Assembly (NCBI GenBank): GCA_937903135.1
Contig: CALDAH010000028.1
Span: 2,474-66,473 of the forward strand
Source: an uncultured Alphaproteobacteria bacterium
Lineage (GTDB): Bacteria > Pseudomonadota > Alphaproteobacteria > Rs-D84
Direction: 5' to 3'
DNA: 64,000 nucleotides
Shown here: positions 37,082 to 46,819 of the stretch, in pieces
Numbering within the stretch: position 1 is the stretch's first letter
Layout of the letters: the number at the start of each line of letters is the position of its first letter
The notes under the pieces: model-generated
What the model was told of the DNA's origin: nothing
The model's input: only the letters and a program-made list of their open reading frames with translations
The model's database searches: none
Position numbers and translations under genes: made by a program

Positions 37082-39590
37082 TAATCTTGGCAATATTTTT
37101 TATCCATCAAATCCGGCGCGAATGCTGGATGCGTTATGGGCGTTGATATCCGCGTGCGATATTAATCCGGCCGATATGCTGATTTTTTTACCCAGTCGTC
37201 GTGCCGTTCGCAGTGTTGAAAAAATGTTGGTTGAAAAAACGGGGGGGGCGCTGATTTTACCCCGCCTGGTTGCGCTGGGCGAGGCGGCCGACGACGCAGA
37301 GGATATTATTGCCGATGACGCGGTTATATCAAATACTGCGCGGACCGTATTACTGGCCAAGCTGCTGGCGGCCGATGCAAATGTTGGAAATATCGCAACC
37401 GCGCTGCCGATTGCAAATGATCTGGTCCGTATGACGGATTATATGGAAAACGAAGGGATTGATATTAGCGCCGTTCGCTGGGACGAATTAATCGGTGAAA
37501 AATATGCCGCGCATTTTCAGGCAAAAGCGCGAATGCTGGAAATACTAACATCGGTTTTGCCCGGAATGTACGATGGGCGTGCGACTGTGGTCCGTGCGCG
37601 AAACGCAGGTATTCGCGGATGGATAGATTGTCTGGATAAATATCGGCTGGTTATTGTATGCGGATCAACCGCCAGTGTTCCCGCGACGCGCGATTTAATG
37701 GTCGCCGTTGCAGGCAGGGAAAATGGCCGGATTATTTTGCCTGGGAAAATATCGGGGCGTGTGTGTGATTTTGAATTAAATACTAATCCGTATAATTCCG
37801 AATATAAATTCTTGTGCGAAATCGGTTGCGATCCAACCGCGGTAACAGAGATTGATGTCGGCCGATCTGTGATTGATTTTTTCAACGCCTCATTTGGTAA
37901 TGACCCGGCCGTACCCCGGGCGGGTAATGATTTGCGGCATTGTTCGTTAATTGAATGCGAACGCGAAGCGGACGAGGCCGCCGTGGTCGCAGAAATCGCC
38001 GCGCGCGCGATTAAGCAAAACAAAACTGTTTTGGTTATAACCCCCGATGCCGCGGGTGGTCAGCGAATATCGGCAGCGTTTGCAGCGCGTGAGATTCAGG
38101 CGGATTTTTCCGGGGGAATATCCGGTGCGATGACCGCGGCCGGGCGCGCGATTTTAAATCTGTTTGACGGCTGGGTTGAAAATAAATCGGATGCGTTTGA
38201 TAAGCTATATGCGGCGGCGGGCGGCGATCTGTTTCGTATGATTGTAAATTTAATAGACGCGGGCAATATCGCATTTTCGCCGGCGTTTGTGGCGGACGAT
38301 CCGGCGTATCGCGACATTTGGGCCGCGATCCGGCATATATCCGAATGTATCAGCGCGGCCGGGATTGATTTAACCGCGTCGGATGCCCGGGCGTTTTTAT
38401 CAGACGCACTGTCGCGGGTGGTTATTCGCCCGGTTATGCCCGATGCACCGAGTGTTGCGGTACTCGGGACAATTGAATCACGAATGCAGACGGCGGATAT
38501 TGTGATACTAACCGGCCTAAATGACGGTATGTTCCCGGCGCGCGGTTATGAAAACGCATGGCTGCCGCGCGGCATCGCGGATAAAATAGGGTTGCCGCCG
38601 GCCGACCGCAAGGTATCGCTAATGTCACTGGATTTTATGAACCTCTCGTCCGGGCCGCGGGTATATTGGACGCGCAGTAAATCCGCCGGTGGCACACAGA
38701 CCACAGAATCACGATTTTTATCGCGCGTATTTGCGCGCGGTGCGATTTTAAATGCCGACGCGGGCCCTGATATATATCGTGCCGTTTTGGCGCGTGACAA
38801 TATCGCCCCGGTGTCGCTGGATTATTCCGCACCAACGCCACCGGCCGACTGGTCCGATGTATATGTAACCGAACTGGAGCTGCTGGTTCATAACCCGTAT
38901 GCGTTTTATGTCCGACATATATTACGTCTGCGGCCGCGGGATGACTATTGGGCGGGACCGGATATGCGAAAATTTGGAACGTTGGTTCACAGTGTTATTG
39001 AAAACGCGCGTGATTTAACGCCGGGCGCGCTGATCGCGCAGATGGATGCGGCGGCGCGCGCAATACTTGGGTCGGATAGTATTATTTTTCACTTTTGGCA
39101 TAAACGTTTTGTTGAGATTGCGCCCGTCGTATCGGACGTGTTGGCGCGCCTGTCCCCCGATGGCAGGACCGAAATTGCCGGCGCGGCCACGATCGCCGGC
39201 CGCGTTGTGCGTGCGCGTGCGGATCGCGTATGGGACGGGGGCGTGTTGGATATAAAAACCGGGGCAGCCCCGGGCCGGGCACAGTTATTCGCTGGGAATA
39301 TGCCGCAGATCGGGCTGGAGGCGTATATGCTGCAATCAGGGGGATTCCCGATACGCACATCCGCGCCGGGCCGCACCCCGGATATAGTATTTTTACAGCT
39401 AAAAAACAAAGACGCGCGGCCGATAGAATATACCGGTGATGATGCCGAAAAAATAATCCAGGCGGCGGTGGATAAAACGACGCAGTTATTTAATATCTAT
39501 TCGGCCGGCGCTGCGGCATATGAATACCGCGCGACGAACGATCAAAAATATCACGTATACGACGATTTGGCGCGCATAGACGATTTATAG
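37068..39590 (+). CDS. addB: double-strand break repair protein AddB (alphaproteobacterial type)
   Basis: 840 aa, TTG start. N-terminal FLPSRRAVRSVEKML, and a C-terminal PD-(D/E)XK segment RADRVWDGGVLDIKTG. Overlaps engB by 14 nt. No addA follows it. Confidence 0.7.
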   Translation: MELNNNLGNIFYPSNPARMLDALWALISACDINPADMLIFLPSRRAVRSVEKMLVEKTGGALILPRLVALGEAADDAEDIIADDAVISNTARTVLLAKLLAADANVGNIATALPIANDLVRMTDYMENEGIDISAVRWDELIGEKYAAHFQAKARMLEILTSVLPGMYDGRATVVRARNAGIRGWIDCLDKYRLVIVCGSTASVPATRDLMVAVAGRENGRIILPGKISGRVCDFELNTNPYNSEYKFLCEIGCDPTAVTEIDVGRSVIDFFNASFGNDPAVPRAGNDLRHCSLIECEREADEAAVVAEIAARAIKQNKTVLVITPDAAGGQRISAAFAAREIQADFSGGISGAMTAAGRAILNLFDGWVENKSDAFDKLYAAAGGDLFRMIVNLIDAGNIAFSPAFVADDPAYRDIWAAIRHISECISAAGIDLTASDARAFLSDALSRVVIRPVMPDAPSVAVLGTIESRMQTADIVILTGLNDGMFPARGYENAWLPRGIADKIGLPPADRKVSLMSLDFMNLSSGPRVYWTRSKSAGGTQTTESRFLSRVFARGAILNADAGPDIYRAVLARDNIAPVSLDYSAPTPPADWSDVYVTELELLVHNPYAFYVRHILRLRPRDDYWAGPDMRKFGTLVHSVIENARDLTPGALIAQMDAAARAILGSDSIIFHFWHKRFVEIAPVVSDVLARLSPDGRTEIAGAATIAGRVVRARADRVWDGGVLDIKTGAAPGRAQLFAGNMPQIGLEAYMLQSGGFPIRTSAPGRTPDIVFLQLKNKDARPIEYTGDDAEKIIQAAVDKTTQLFNIYSAGAAAYEYRATNDQKYHVYDDLARIDDL

Positions 39591-39594
39591 GCGA

Positions 39595-40365
39595 CTATTT
39601 CAGTGTTAGCATTAAACCTGTATGGTCGGTCGGTTTATCGGCCAGGCGCGGGGATATATCAATCTCGCAATTTTCAACTAAACGCATTGCCGCCGGGTTC
39701 GCCATAAAGTAATCCAGGCGCAGGCCCTGTTTTTTACCGACAGTATCGCCCCCGCGATAGCCGTACCAGGTATAGTCAATATCATTCGGGTGCAGTTTGC
39801 GCCAAACGTCAGTCCAGCCGGCCGCGATCCATTCGTTCATAATCGCACGTGCCGCCGGGGCCGCGATCGCAATTCCAACATAGTTGGCCGGATTCCATAT
39901 GTCGCGATCTTCTATTGATACGTTAAAATCACCCCCGATTATAACGGGTTCTTCGCTGTTTAAATACTGGGATATATAGTCTGTAAATGCACGCATCCAT
40001 TCCAATTTATACGGGAACTTAGGCGAGTTTATTGTATCGCCATTTGGCATATATACGTTAATTAGCCGCAGACGGCCGTCAATTACGCATTCGAGAAAAC
40101 GGGCATGGGCATCCGGATAGTTCGGCAGGCCGCGAATAGCGTCTTCTATGGAATGTTTAGAAAAGGTTGCAACGCCGTTCCAGCTTTTTTGGCCAAAAAC
40201 CTTAACATTATACCCGTATTCATCAAATAAATTATGTGGGAATAGGGCGGTTTCAACCTTTAGCTCTTGGACCATTATGGTGTCATATTCGCCGGATTTT
40301 AAAATGTTAATAAAGCTTTCAATATGCGCACGAATTGAATTAATATTCAATGTTAATATTTTCAT
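39595..40365 (-). CDS. xthA: exodeoxyribonuclease III
   Basis: MKILTLNINSIRA, VQELK, NGVA, GDFN, LRLDY and TDHTGLM are EEP-family XthA motifs. The first 14 codons of the track ORF were trimmed. Confidence 0.88.
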   Translation of the reverse strand: MKILTLNINSIRAHIESFINILKSGEYDTIMVQELKVETALFPHNLFDEYGYNVKVFGQKSWNGVATFSKHSIEDAIRGLPNYPDAHARFLECVIDGRLRLINVYMPNGDTINSPKFPYKLEWMRAFTDYISQYLNSEEPVIIGGDFNVSIEDRDIWNPANYVGIAIAAPAARAIMNEWIAAGWTDVWRKLHPNDIDYTWYGYRGGDTVGKKQGLRLDYFMANPAAMRLVENCEIDISPRLADKPTDHTGLMLTLK

Positions 40366-40433
40366 GTTTGCAATCCTTTGTAATAGGATTATAATATCAC
40401 AGTCCAATATGAAAACAACAAGGATTTTAAGTT

Positions 40434-42014
40434 ATGAATATGTATCAATTACTGGAACGTGCAGCAGCAACATGGCCGGATAATTTATTCCTGGTTCGCG
40501 AAAATGTTACGTTTTCAGGGTTTATTGATTTAGTTAAAGCACGTGCGGCATCGTTGCACGCAGCAGGTGTCGGGCGCGGAAAAATCGTAGGTGTATTGTC
40601 ACATAATATCCCAGAGTTTCCAATTACATTATTCGCCGTTTGGTATCTGGGCGGGACGGTATTGATGCTGGATACCAACCTGACGCCGTTTGAGTATGAT
40701 AATATGACATCAACAACCGATTGTCATATCGTATGCGCAGAAAAATCGTTCTTTTATAAAACAGATAAATTTAAATTTTATGATATTACATCCAAAGATG
40801 GACCGATTAATCCTAAGCTGACGGCCGCGCCATTGGAAACGTTGGACGTCGCGACGCTATCGTTTACATCCGGGTCAACCGGTACGCCAAAGATCGTGCC
40901 GTTGACGCACTTTAATTTAATTGAATGTGCAAATTCATTGGATGATATGCGCGAATGGATGAAACCGGGTGATATTATGTACGGTTTCCTGCCGATGTAT
41001 CATATATTTGGTTTTGCGGTTGAACTGTTGGCGACACTGCATTTCGGCGGCGGCGTATTATTGCAGCCGACCGTTAATCCAAAAGAGATTATGGCCGATT
41101 TTGCAAAATATCGCCCCCAGATTATTCCGGCCGTTCCACGGTTGTTTGAGGTTATTCGTAATCGCATCATAGACACGTTAAAGGCACAGAAAAAATGGTG
41201 GCTGGCGTCGCTGGTTTTAAAACACGGCCGGATGCTGGAAAAACTGGGCCTGGGGTTTGTCCTGCGCAAGGTCCAAGATCCCGTTCGCGCAATATTTGGT
41301 GGCCGCATACGCGTATTAATCGCCGGCGGCGCCGCGACCAAGCCCGAGGTTGAAACGTTCTATGAACGCTTAGGGATTGTATTTATCCAAGGGTATGGTT
41401 TAACCGAAACGGTTGGCCCGATATGTATATCGCGTCCGTCAAAACGCCGTTTCCCGTTTGCATTCGGTGGCCCGACATCAAATAACGAATGCGAGATTCG
41501 TGATAAAAACGAAGATGGCGTAGGCGTACTGTGGCTGCGCGGGCATCAGGTATTCGGCGGGTATTTAAATAACCCCGGCGTTAACGAGGAAGTATTTGAC
41601 GAACGTGGATTCTTTAATACCGGTGATATGGTAACAATGGATAAAAACGGTGAACTGCATTTCGCCGGCCGTAAAAAACAGGTTATTGTTTTAGATAGCG
41701 GTAAAAACGTTTACCCCGATGAACTTGAAGGGATGTATATTGAAATCCCGGGGGTTAACAACGTTGCCGTATTTGAACATAAGATAAAGAATAAAACTGT
41801 TGCATACGGTGTATTCAGCGTTGATCCGAATATGACTATGGAAAAACTTGGCGCCGAGATTGCAAATGCAAATAAAAAGGTCGCGAGTTATAAATGGGTA
41901 ACGCATTTTGCGATGACAACGGATGAACTGCCGATGACCAGCACGCAGAAGGTTAAGCATCATATCGTTCGTCAGAATTTAATTGATGGAAAATACCCAT
42001 TACGTAAGGAATAG
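40434..42014 (+). CDS. AMP-dependent acyl-CoA synthetase/ligase
   Basis: 526 aa: LSFTSGSTGTPK (AMP-binding motif), GYGLTET, TGDMVTMDKNGELHFAGRKK. Confidence 0.8.
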   Translation: MNMYQLLERAAATWPDNLFLVRENVTFSGFIDLVKARAASLHAAGVGRGKIVGVLSHNIPEFPITLFAVWYLGGTVLMLDTNLTPFEYDNMTSTTDCHIVCAEKSFFYKTDKFKFYDITSKDGPINPKLTAAPLETLDVATLSFTSGSTGTPKIVPLTHFNLIECANSLDDMREWMKPGDIMYGFLPMYHIFGFAVELLATLHFGGGVLLQPTVNPKEIMADFAKYRPQIIPAVPRLFEVIRNRIIDTLKAQKKWWLASLVLKHGRMLEKLGLGFVLRKVQDPVRAIFGGRIRVLIAGGAATKPEVETFYERLGIVFIQGYGLTETVGPICISRPSKRRFPFAFGGPTSNNECEIRDKNEDGVGVLWLRGHQVFGGYLNNPGVNEEVFDERGFFNTGDMVTMDKNGELHFAGRKKQVIVLDSGKNVYPDELEGMYIEIPGVNNVAVFEHKIKNKTVAYGVFSVDPNMTMEKLGAEIANANKKVASYKWVTHFAMTTDELPMTSTQKVKHHIVRQNLIDGKYPLRKE

Positions 42015-42085
42015 TTTGATGATTGCGGTCACATCGTGATTGTTATATTTAAACTGTTCTGAAAATTATATTTAATATATAAATA

Positions 42086-42110
42086 AAATCCCCCGGATGG
42101 GGGATTTTTT
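42086..42110. terminator. bidirectional Rho-independent terminator
   Basis: ATCCCCC-GGAT-GGGGGAT, flanked by AAAA and TTTTT, between convergent genes. Confidence 0.75.
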
Positions 42111-42125
42111 AACCGAATATTTTTA

Positions 42126-42665
42126 TTAACGCGATGAATAGCATTTATTTATAAATTCGGCCCATAATTTTTCATTTAACTGCTGTTTTTCATCCGTTAT
42201 CAGGGCCAGCTCTGCGGCCATATCGGTGCTATGCTGTTTTATGTTTTCGCATAAATTTAATTTAGCCTCGCGCAGGATTTCTGCGTACTCGCGTTCTGAT
42301 GCTGTGCGTTTTTTTGCATCGGCATTTTCCAATTCCTCTGCAACGGATAAAATCCATTTTTCCGCCGGTGATATATTTATCGGTTCTTTGAAAAAGTTTA
42401 TATCAAAGTTTTGTAGATATGTGCTTTCCGCCGGGCGCGATGGTTTGGGCTGTTTCCCGATACGGGTGTTTTTAACCACCACGGCAATTTTTTGATTGCG
42501 TTTTTTGCGATCTGCACTGCGGGTATCCTTAATCGTATGACCCAGTGGTTTATTATTCCCGGCCGGTGTATTTTGTACCGGGCCGTGTATGTTATAACAA
42601 TAATGTGTTGTAATATATTTCCGTGTGTTATTTTGTTTAATCGGATAGACCAGATGTATGCACAT
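42126..42665 (-). CDS. hypothetical protein (basic N-terminal half, acidic helical C-terminal half)
   Basis: The start at 42665 (MCIHLVY) has AAGGAG 5 nt upstream. The track start at 42713 overlaps mnmE. No family recognised. Confidence 0.5.
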   Translation of the reverse strand: MCIHLVYPIKQNNTRKYITTHYCYNIHGPVQNTPAGNNKPLGHTIKDTRSADRKKRNQKIAVVVKNTRIGKQPKPSRPAESTYLQNFDINFFKEPINISPAEKWILSVAEELENADAKKRTASEREYAEILREAKLNLCENIKQHSTDMAAELALITDEKQQLNEKLWAEFINKCYSSR

Positions 42666-42697
42666 TTTTACTCCTTTGCATATATTTTTTATATTAA

Positions 42698-43996
42698 TTA
42701 TTTCCCCAGGCACAGTTGTGAAAACGTTGCGTCCATAACATCTGCTGCGGTTATTGTCCCCAGTATTTTACCGATACTATCGGCGGCGCGACGAACGTGT
42801 TCGGCAAATATATCATAGTTATCGCCTGCGTTATTTATCGCCGCGCCCAGATCGCAGGCGGCCGATTCTAATAATGATTTTGTTCGTGCGTTTACAACAA
42901 CGCCGTGATCCGCACCGGATATTTTATCTGATATTTTACTGCGAATTGTATTTAGTAATTTGTCCATCCCGTCCCCGGTTTTTGCCGATACCAGTATCGC
43001 GTCCGGGATATTCGGTCGGGTTATATCAGATTTATTAATAACCAAGATTTCGTTTTTATAAACGGTTGAATTGTTCAGTCCGTCGGCACTTTTTACATGA
43101 ATTATTATATCGGCGTTTTCTATCTCGGTCCGGGTTTTGGCGATCCCGATTTTTTCAATATCGTTATCTGTATCGCGTATACCGGCCGTATCAGATAGGT
43201 TTACCAGATATCCGTCAATATCCAATGTGGCATTAACAACATCACGCGTTGTCCCGGGCGTATCCGATACAATCGCACGGTTCGTCCCGGCCAGGTAATT
43301 AAATATGGATGATTTTCCGACGTTTGTTTCCCCCGCCAACGTAATGTTCAATCCCGCCTGTACGGCGCGCACCGCCCCATAGCGCGCGAGGGCATCGTTT
43401 ATCTCGTTATATAAATTTTCAGTGCGCTGATGGATTGTTTTGCCGATATTCGCGGGCAGGTCATTCGCATCATAATCCAGGATTGCCGCCGCATAGGCCG
43501 ATATTTCAATCATCTGATTGCGCCAGTTTTGATATGTTTCGCTGTCGCGCCCCATCATGGATTTTAGCGCAAATGCACGCTGTCGGTCGGTTTGCGCATC
43601 CAGCAGCGCCGCCAGGCCGTCAATATCGGATAAATCCATTTTATTATTATAAAACGCACGTTTTGAAAACTCGCCAGGCAGTGCCATACGCATGTTATTC
43701 TGGGATAAAAATGAAAATATTTTTTCAATAACGGCCCGCGCCCCGTGGCAATGAATTTCTATGACATCTTCGCCCGTAAATGATGCCGGGCCGACGAAAT
43801 ATATAATAACGCATTGGTCAATAATATCACCATTCCGGTCGGCAAGGTTTGTAAAATACGCATGCCGCGGTGTGATCGCCGGGCGGCGTATAAACGCCTG
43901 GGCCGTATTTTTTAAATCTGTTCCGGATATGCGGATAACCGCAACGCCGGATTTCCCATGCCCAGATGATAGGGCAAATATAGTATCGTTATTCAT
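42698..43996 (-). CDS. mnmE: tRNA modification GTPase MnmE
   Basis: 432 aa: DTIFALSSGHGKSGVAVIRISG, G domain GETNVGKSSIFN / DTAGIR / NKSD, and a C-terminal CLGK. Confidence 0.92.
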   Translation of the reverse strand: MNNDTIFALSSGHGKSGVAVIRISGTDLKNTAQAFIRRPAITPRHAYFTNLADRNGDIIDQCVIIYFVGPASFTGEDVIEIHCHGARAVIEKIFSFLSQNNMRMALPGEFSKRAFYNNKMDLSDIDGLAALLDAQTDRQRAFALKSMMGRDSETYQNWRNQMIEISAYAAAILDYDANDLPANIGKTIHQRTENLYNEINDALARYGAVRAVQAGLNITLAGETNVGKSSIFNYLAGTNRAIVSDTPGTTRDVVNATLDIDGYLVNLSDTAGIRDTDNDIEKIGIAKTRTEIENADIIIHVKSADGLNNSTVYKNEILVINKSDITRPNIPDAILVSAKTGDGMDKLLNTIRSKISDKISGADHGVVVNARTKSLLESAACDLGAAINNAGDNYDIFAEHVRRAADSIGKILGTITAADVMDATFSQLCLGK

Positions 43997-43999
43997 TTG

Positions 44000-44569
44000 T
44001 TATTTTGTTGTAATGATTTTTAATGCCATCGGAACAAGCTTGGCAATATCTGCGCCCGGGTTGTCCGATACCAGCGTCTGGGCGATGTCAATGACGTCCA
44101 GGCGGCGGTAGCCGAGTGATTCCAGTGCGGCGAGCAGGTCGGGCAGAACACTTTGATTATCGGTTGTTAAATCAAATGTAACGCCGCCGATTTTGCTTTT
44201 TAATTCGACGATAATTTTTTCTGCGACTTTTTTCCCGACGCCCGGGGCGGTCGCAATGGTTTTTGCATCCCCGGTCGCAATCGCTGCGGTTATCATATCC
44301 GGTTTGATAGTCCCGAGGATCGCCATCGCAACCTTTGGCCCGACGCCTGATACCGCCGTTAGCATATTAAACAGGTTCTGGGCCGCGATCGTTGTAAATC
44401 CGAACAGGCGCAATGAATCCTCGCGTACAATTGTTTCAATCCACAGCTTAGCCGCGTCGCCCGGGGCAAAGAATTCGGTTGTAAAAACCTTATACCCGAC
44501 GGGGCCGGCCATAACAATTATAAAACCATCGCCGATATAATCAACAATACCTTGCAATTTGCCAATCAT
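44000..44569 (-). CDS. ruvA: Holliday junction branch migration complex subunit RuvA
   Basis: MIGKLQGIVDYIGDGFIIVMAGPVGYKV, and HhH motifs LTAVSGVGPKVAMAIL and TAPGVGKKVAEKI. Confidence 0.9.
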   Translation of the reverse strand: MIGKLQGIVDYIGDGFIIVMAGPVGYKVFTTEFFAPGDAAKLWIETIVREDSLRLFGFTTIAAQNLFNMLTAVSGVGPKVAMAILGTIKPDMITAAIATGDAKTIATAPGVGKKVAEKIIVELKSKIGGVTFDLTTDNQSVLPDLLAALESLGYRRLDVIDIAQTLVSDNPGADIAKLVPMALKIITTK

Positions 44570-44619
44570 TTGTTATCCTTTTGGGGTAATTCTAATCTAA
44601 TAAAAGCAAAAGGTCAAAT

Positions 44620-45336
44620 ATGAGTGGGCATAGTAAATGGCATAATATTCAGCATAAGAAAGGTGCGGCCGATGCTGCACGCAGCGGTTTATTTACAAAA
44701 CTTGCACGTGAAATTACAATGGCTGCTAAACTGGGGGATAAAAACCCGGATAATAACCCGCGTCTGCGTTTAGCAATTTTAACAGCACGTAAAAATTCAA
44801 TGCCGAACGATAATATTAAACGCGCAATTGATAAAGCGTCCGGCGCAAATACTGAAAACTATGTTGCCGTTCGCTATGAAGGGTATGGCCCAGGCGCAGT
44901 CCCGGTTATAGTAGAGGCGTTAACAGATAACCCACGTAGAACCGTACCTGAGATTCGTAATATTTTCGCAAAAAATGGCGGTAATATGGGCGAAGAAGGA
45001 TCAGTCGTATTTATGTTTACACGCGCCGGGCAGATTTTCTATCCGCTATCGGTTGGCAAAAGCGAAGATGAAATGATGGAAATCATTATGGATGCAAATG
45101 CCGATAACCTGGAAACATCCGAAGAGGGATATATTATTACCACAAAACCGGACGATTTTATTACTGTTCAAAAGGCGTTAAATGACAGCCTGGGTGAACC
45201 GGAACGGGCCGAGCTGACGTGGTTGCCGAATATGCCAATGGATCTGGACGATGAAGCATGGGCAAAAATTGAAAAGCTGGTTGATGCCCTGGACGCGAAC
45301 GATGACGTTCAGAAAGTATTTACCGCAGCCGAATAG
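44620..45336 (+). CDS. YebC/PmpR-family transcriptional regulator
   Basis: MSGHSKWHNIQHKKGAADAARS...RLRLAILTARKNSMPNDNIKRAI...YEGYGPGAV is the family hallmark. Confidence 0.9.
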   Translation: MSGHSKWHNIQHKKGAADAARSGLFTKLAREITMAAKLGDKNPDNNPRLRLAILTARKNSMPNDNIKRAIDKASGANTENYVAVRYEGYGPGAVPVIVEALTDNPRRTVPEIRNIFAKNGGNMGEEGSVVFMFTRAGQIFYPLSVGKSEDEMMEIIMDANADNLETSEEGYIITTKPDDFITVQKALNDSLGEPERAELTWLPNMPMDLDDEAWAKIEKLVDALDANDDVQKVFTAAE

Positions 45337-45419
45337 TTTTCGGTGCTGATTATATTAAATCGCCGTTTGAAACGGCGGTTTATTTTATGATATAATATCA
45401 CCATAGAAATAGGTATATT

Positions 45420-45899
45420 ATGACACGAATATTGGGAATTGATCCGGGGTTGCTGCATACGGGATGGGCAATAATTGATGCCGCCGGCGCGGATCGTAAA
45501 TATATCGCCAGTGGGGTGATTTTACCCCCGCGCACGGCGGAATTCCCGACGCGATTAGCGGTTGTCTTTCGCGAGGTAACGGCGATATGCGAACGATTTA
45601 GCCCGGATGTTTGCAGCATAGAGATTACGTTCGTTAATAAAAATCCGAAAACAACATTAATCCTAGGGCATGCGCGGGCGGCGGCAATTGTTGCCGTGGC
45701 TAATCGCGATATTCCTCTATTTGAATACGAACCTAATAAGATAAAAAAGGCGTTAACATCCGCCGGGCATGCCGACAAGGCGCAGGTTGATAAAATGGTT
45801 CGTTTATTATTACCGGCCGCCGCCCCGAAAAGCGCGGATGAAAGTGATGCGCTGGCGATCGCATTGGCGCATAGTAATATGAGTAAATTCAGTTTTTAA
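45420..45899 (+). CDS. ruvC: crossover junction endodeoxyribonuclease RuvC
   Basis: ILGIDPGLLHTGWAII, IEITFVNKNPKTTLILGHARAAA, and DESDALAIAL (catalytic acidic residues). Confidence 0.9.
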   Translation: MTRILGIDPGLLHTGWAIIDAAGADRKYIASGVILPPRTAEFPTRLAVVFREVTAICERFSPDVCSIEITFVNKNPKTTLILGHARAAAIVAVANRDIPLFEYEPNKIKKALTSAGHADKAQVDKMVRLLLPAAAPKSADESDALAIALAHSNMSKFSF

Positions 45900-45948
45900 T
45901 ACGGGTGCTTTTTTGCTATAATAAACACATAACAAAAAAGGTGTTTAA

Positions 45949-46224
45949 ATGAAAAAAGAATCTGTTGATATGTATGCCGCGCAGCTGTTATCGCGTCAGC
46001 GAATAATGTTTCGTGCGTTTTTTATAAATTTAATTTTAGGGCTTCTGGTCTGGGGGCTAACGTTTATCCCGGCGTTTTTATATCTGGCCGTCTGGGCAAC
46101 AGGGATTTCCCCGATGATGATGTATTTTTCCATGATAGGGGGGATCGCCCTGTGGCAGATGCTAGGCGTGGTATTATTCCTGGTCCCGGCGATTTCTGTA
46201 TGGCTGGAACGCAGATATAATTAA
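45949..46224 (+). CDS. small membrane protein, hypothetical
   Basis: 91 aa with 2-3 hydrophobic helices, AAAAGG upstream and a terminator downstream. Confidence 0.45.
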   Translation: MKKESVDMYAAQLLSRQRIMFRAFFINLILGLLVWGLTFIPAFLYLAVWATGISPMMMYFSMIGGIALWQMLGVVLFLVPAISVWLERRYN

Positions 46225-46250
46225 AAAAAACGCCCCCGCGGGCGTTTTTT
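46225..46250. terminator. bidirectional Rho-independent terminator
   Basis: AAAAAAA-CGCCC-CGC-GGGCG-TTTTTTT. Confidence 0.75.
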
Positions 46251-46270
46251 TATTTCGGACATTTTTGTCC

Positions 46271-46708
46271 TTATTTTGCGTTTGCCGCCGCCTGTTTATC
46301 TTCGTATAGTTTTGCGAAGTCAACCGGCTGCATTACGAATGGCGGGAAACCGGATTCGCCCGTTAAACGGATAAACATTGCACGAACCGCCGGGAATAAT
46401 AATGTCGGAACGTCAATTAATAACGTGCGTTTCTTTACCTCTTCGTCTTTTTCTTCTTCCATCTGAACCAGTCCGGAAAATGTTGATTCAATCAAGAATA
46501 TAGATTTATCATCTTTTTCTAGTTTTGAATGAACCTTGGTAATTAAATCAACCATATACAGGTTATTTTCTGCGGCCTTAATCTGAATGTCTATCTGGAC
46601 GTCAACTTTTGCCGGGCTGTTTTCTTGGTTAAAAAATAATTCCGGGGCGTTCGGGCTTTCAAAAGAAATATCTTTTAAAAACTGTAACATAATATTAAAT
46701 TTTGCCAT
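46271..46708 (-). CDS. secB: protein-export chaperone SecB
   Basis: 145 aa: FNIMLQFLKDISFESPNAP..., FLIESTFSGLV, and LLFPAVRAMFIRLTGESGFPPFVMQPVDF are the SecB pattern. Confidence 0.88.
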   Translation of the reverse strand: MAKFNIMLQFLKDISFESPNAPELFFNQENSPAKVDVQIDIQIKAAENNLYMVDLITKVHSKLEKDDKSIFLIESTFSGLVQMEEEKDEEVKKRTLLIDVPTLLFPAVRAMFIRLTGESGFPPFVMQPVDFAKLYEDKQAAANAK

Positions 46709-46819
46709 TAGCTTTCTCCTTAAAAATATTTATTGGGTTATGTCCGCTGGACTTAACCCAGCATTTTATGTTAATATAGCATTATAAATAATGTTTTACA
46801 AGTGGGGGAAAAAATAAAA

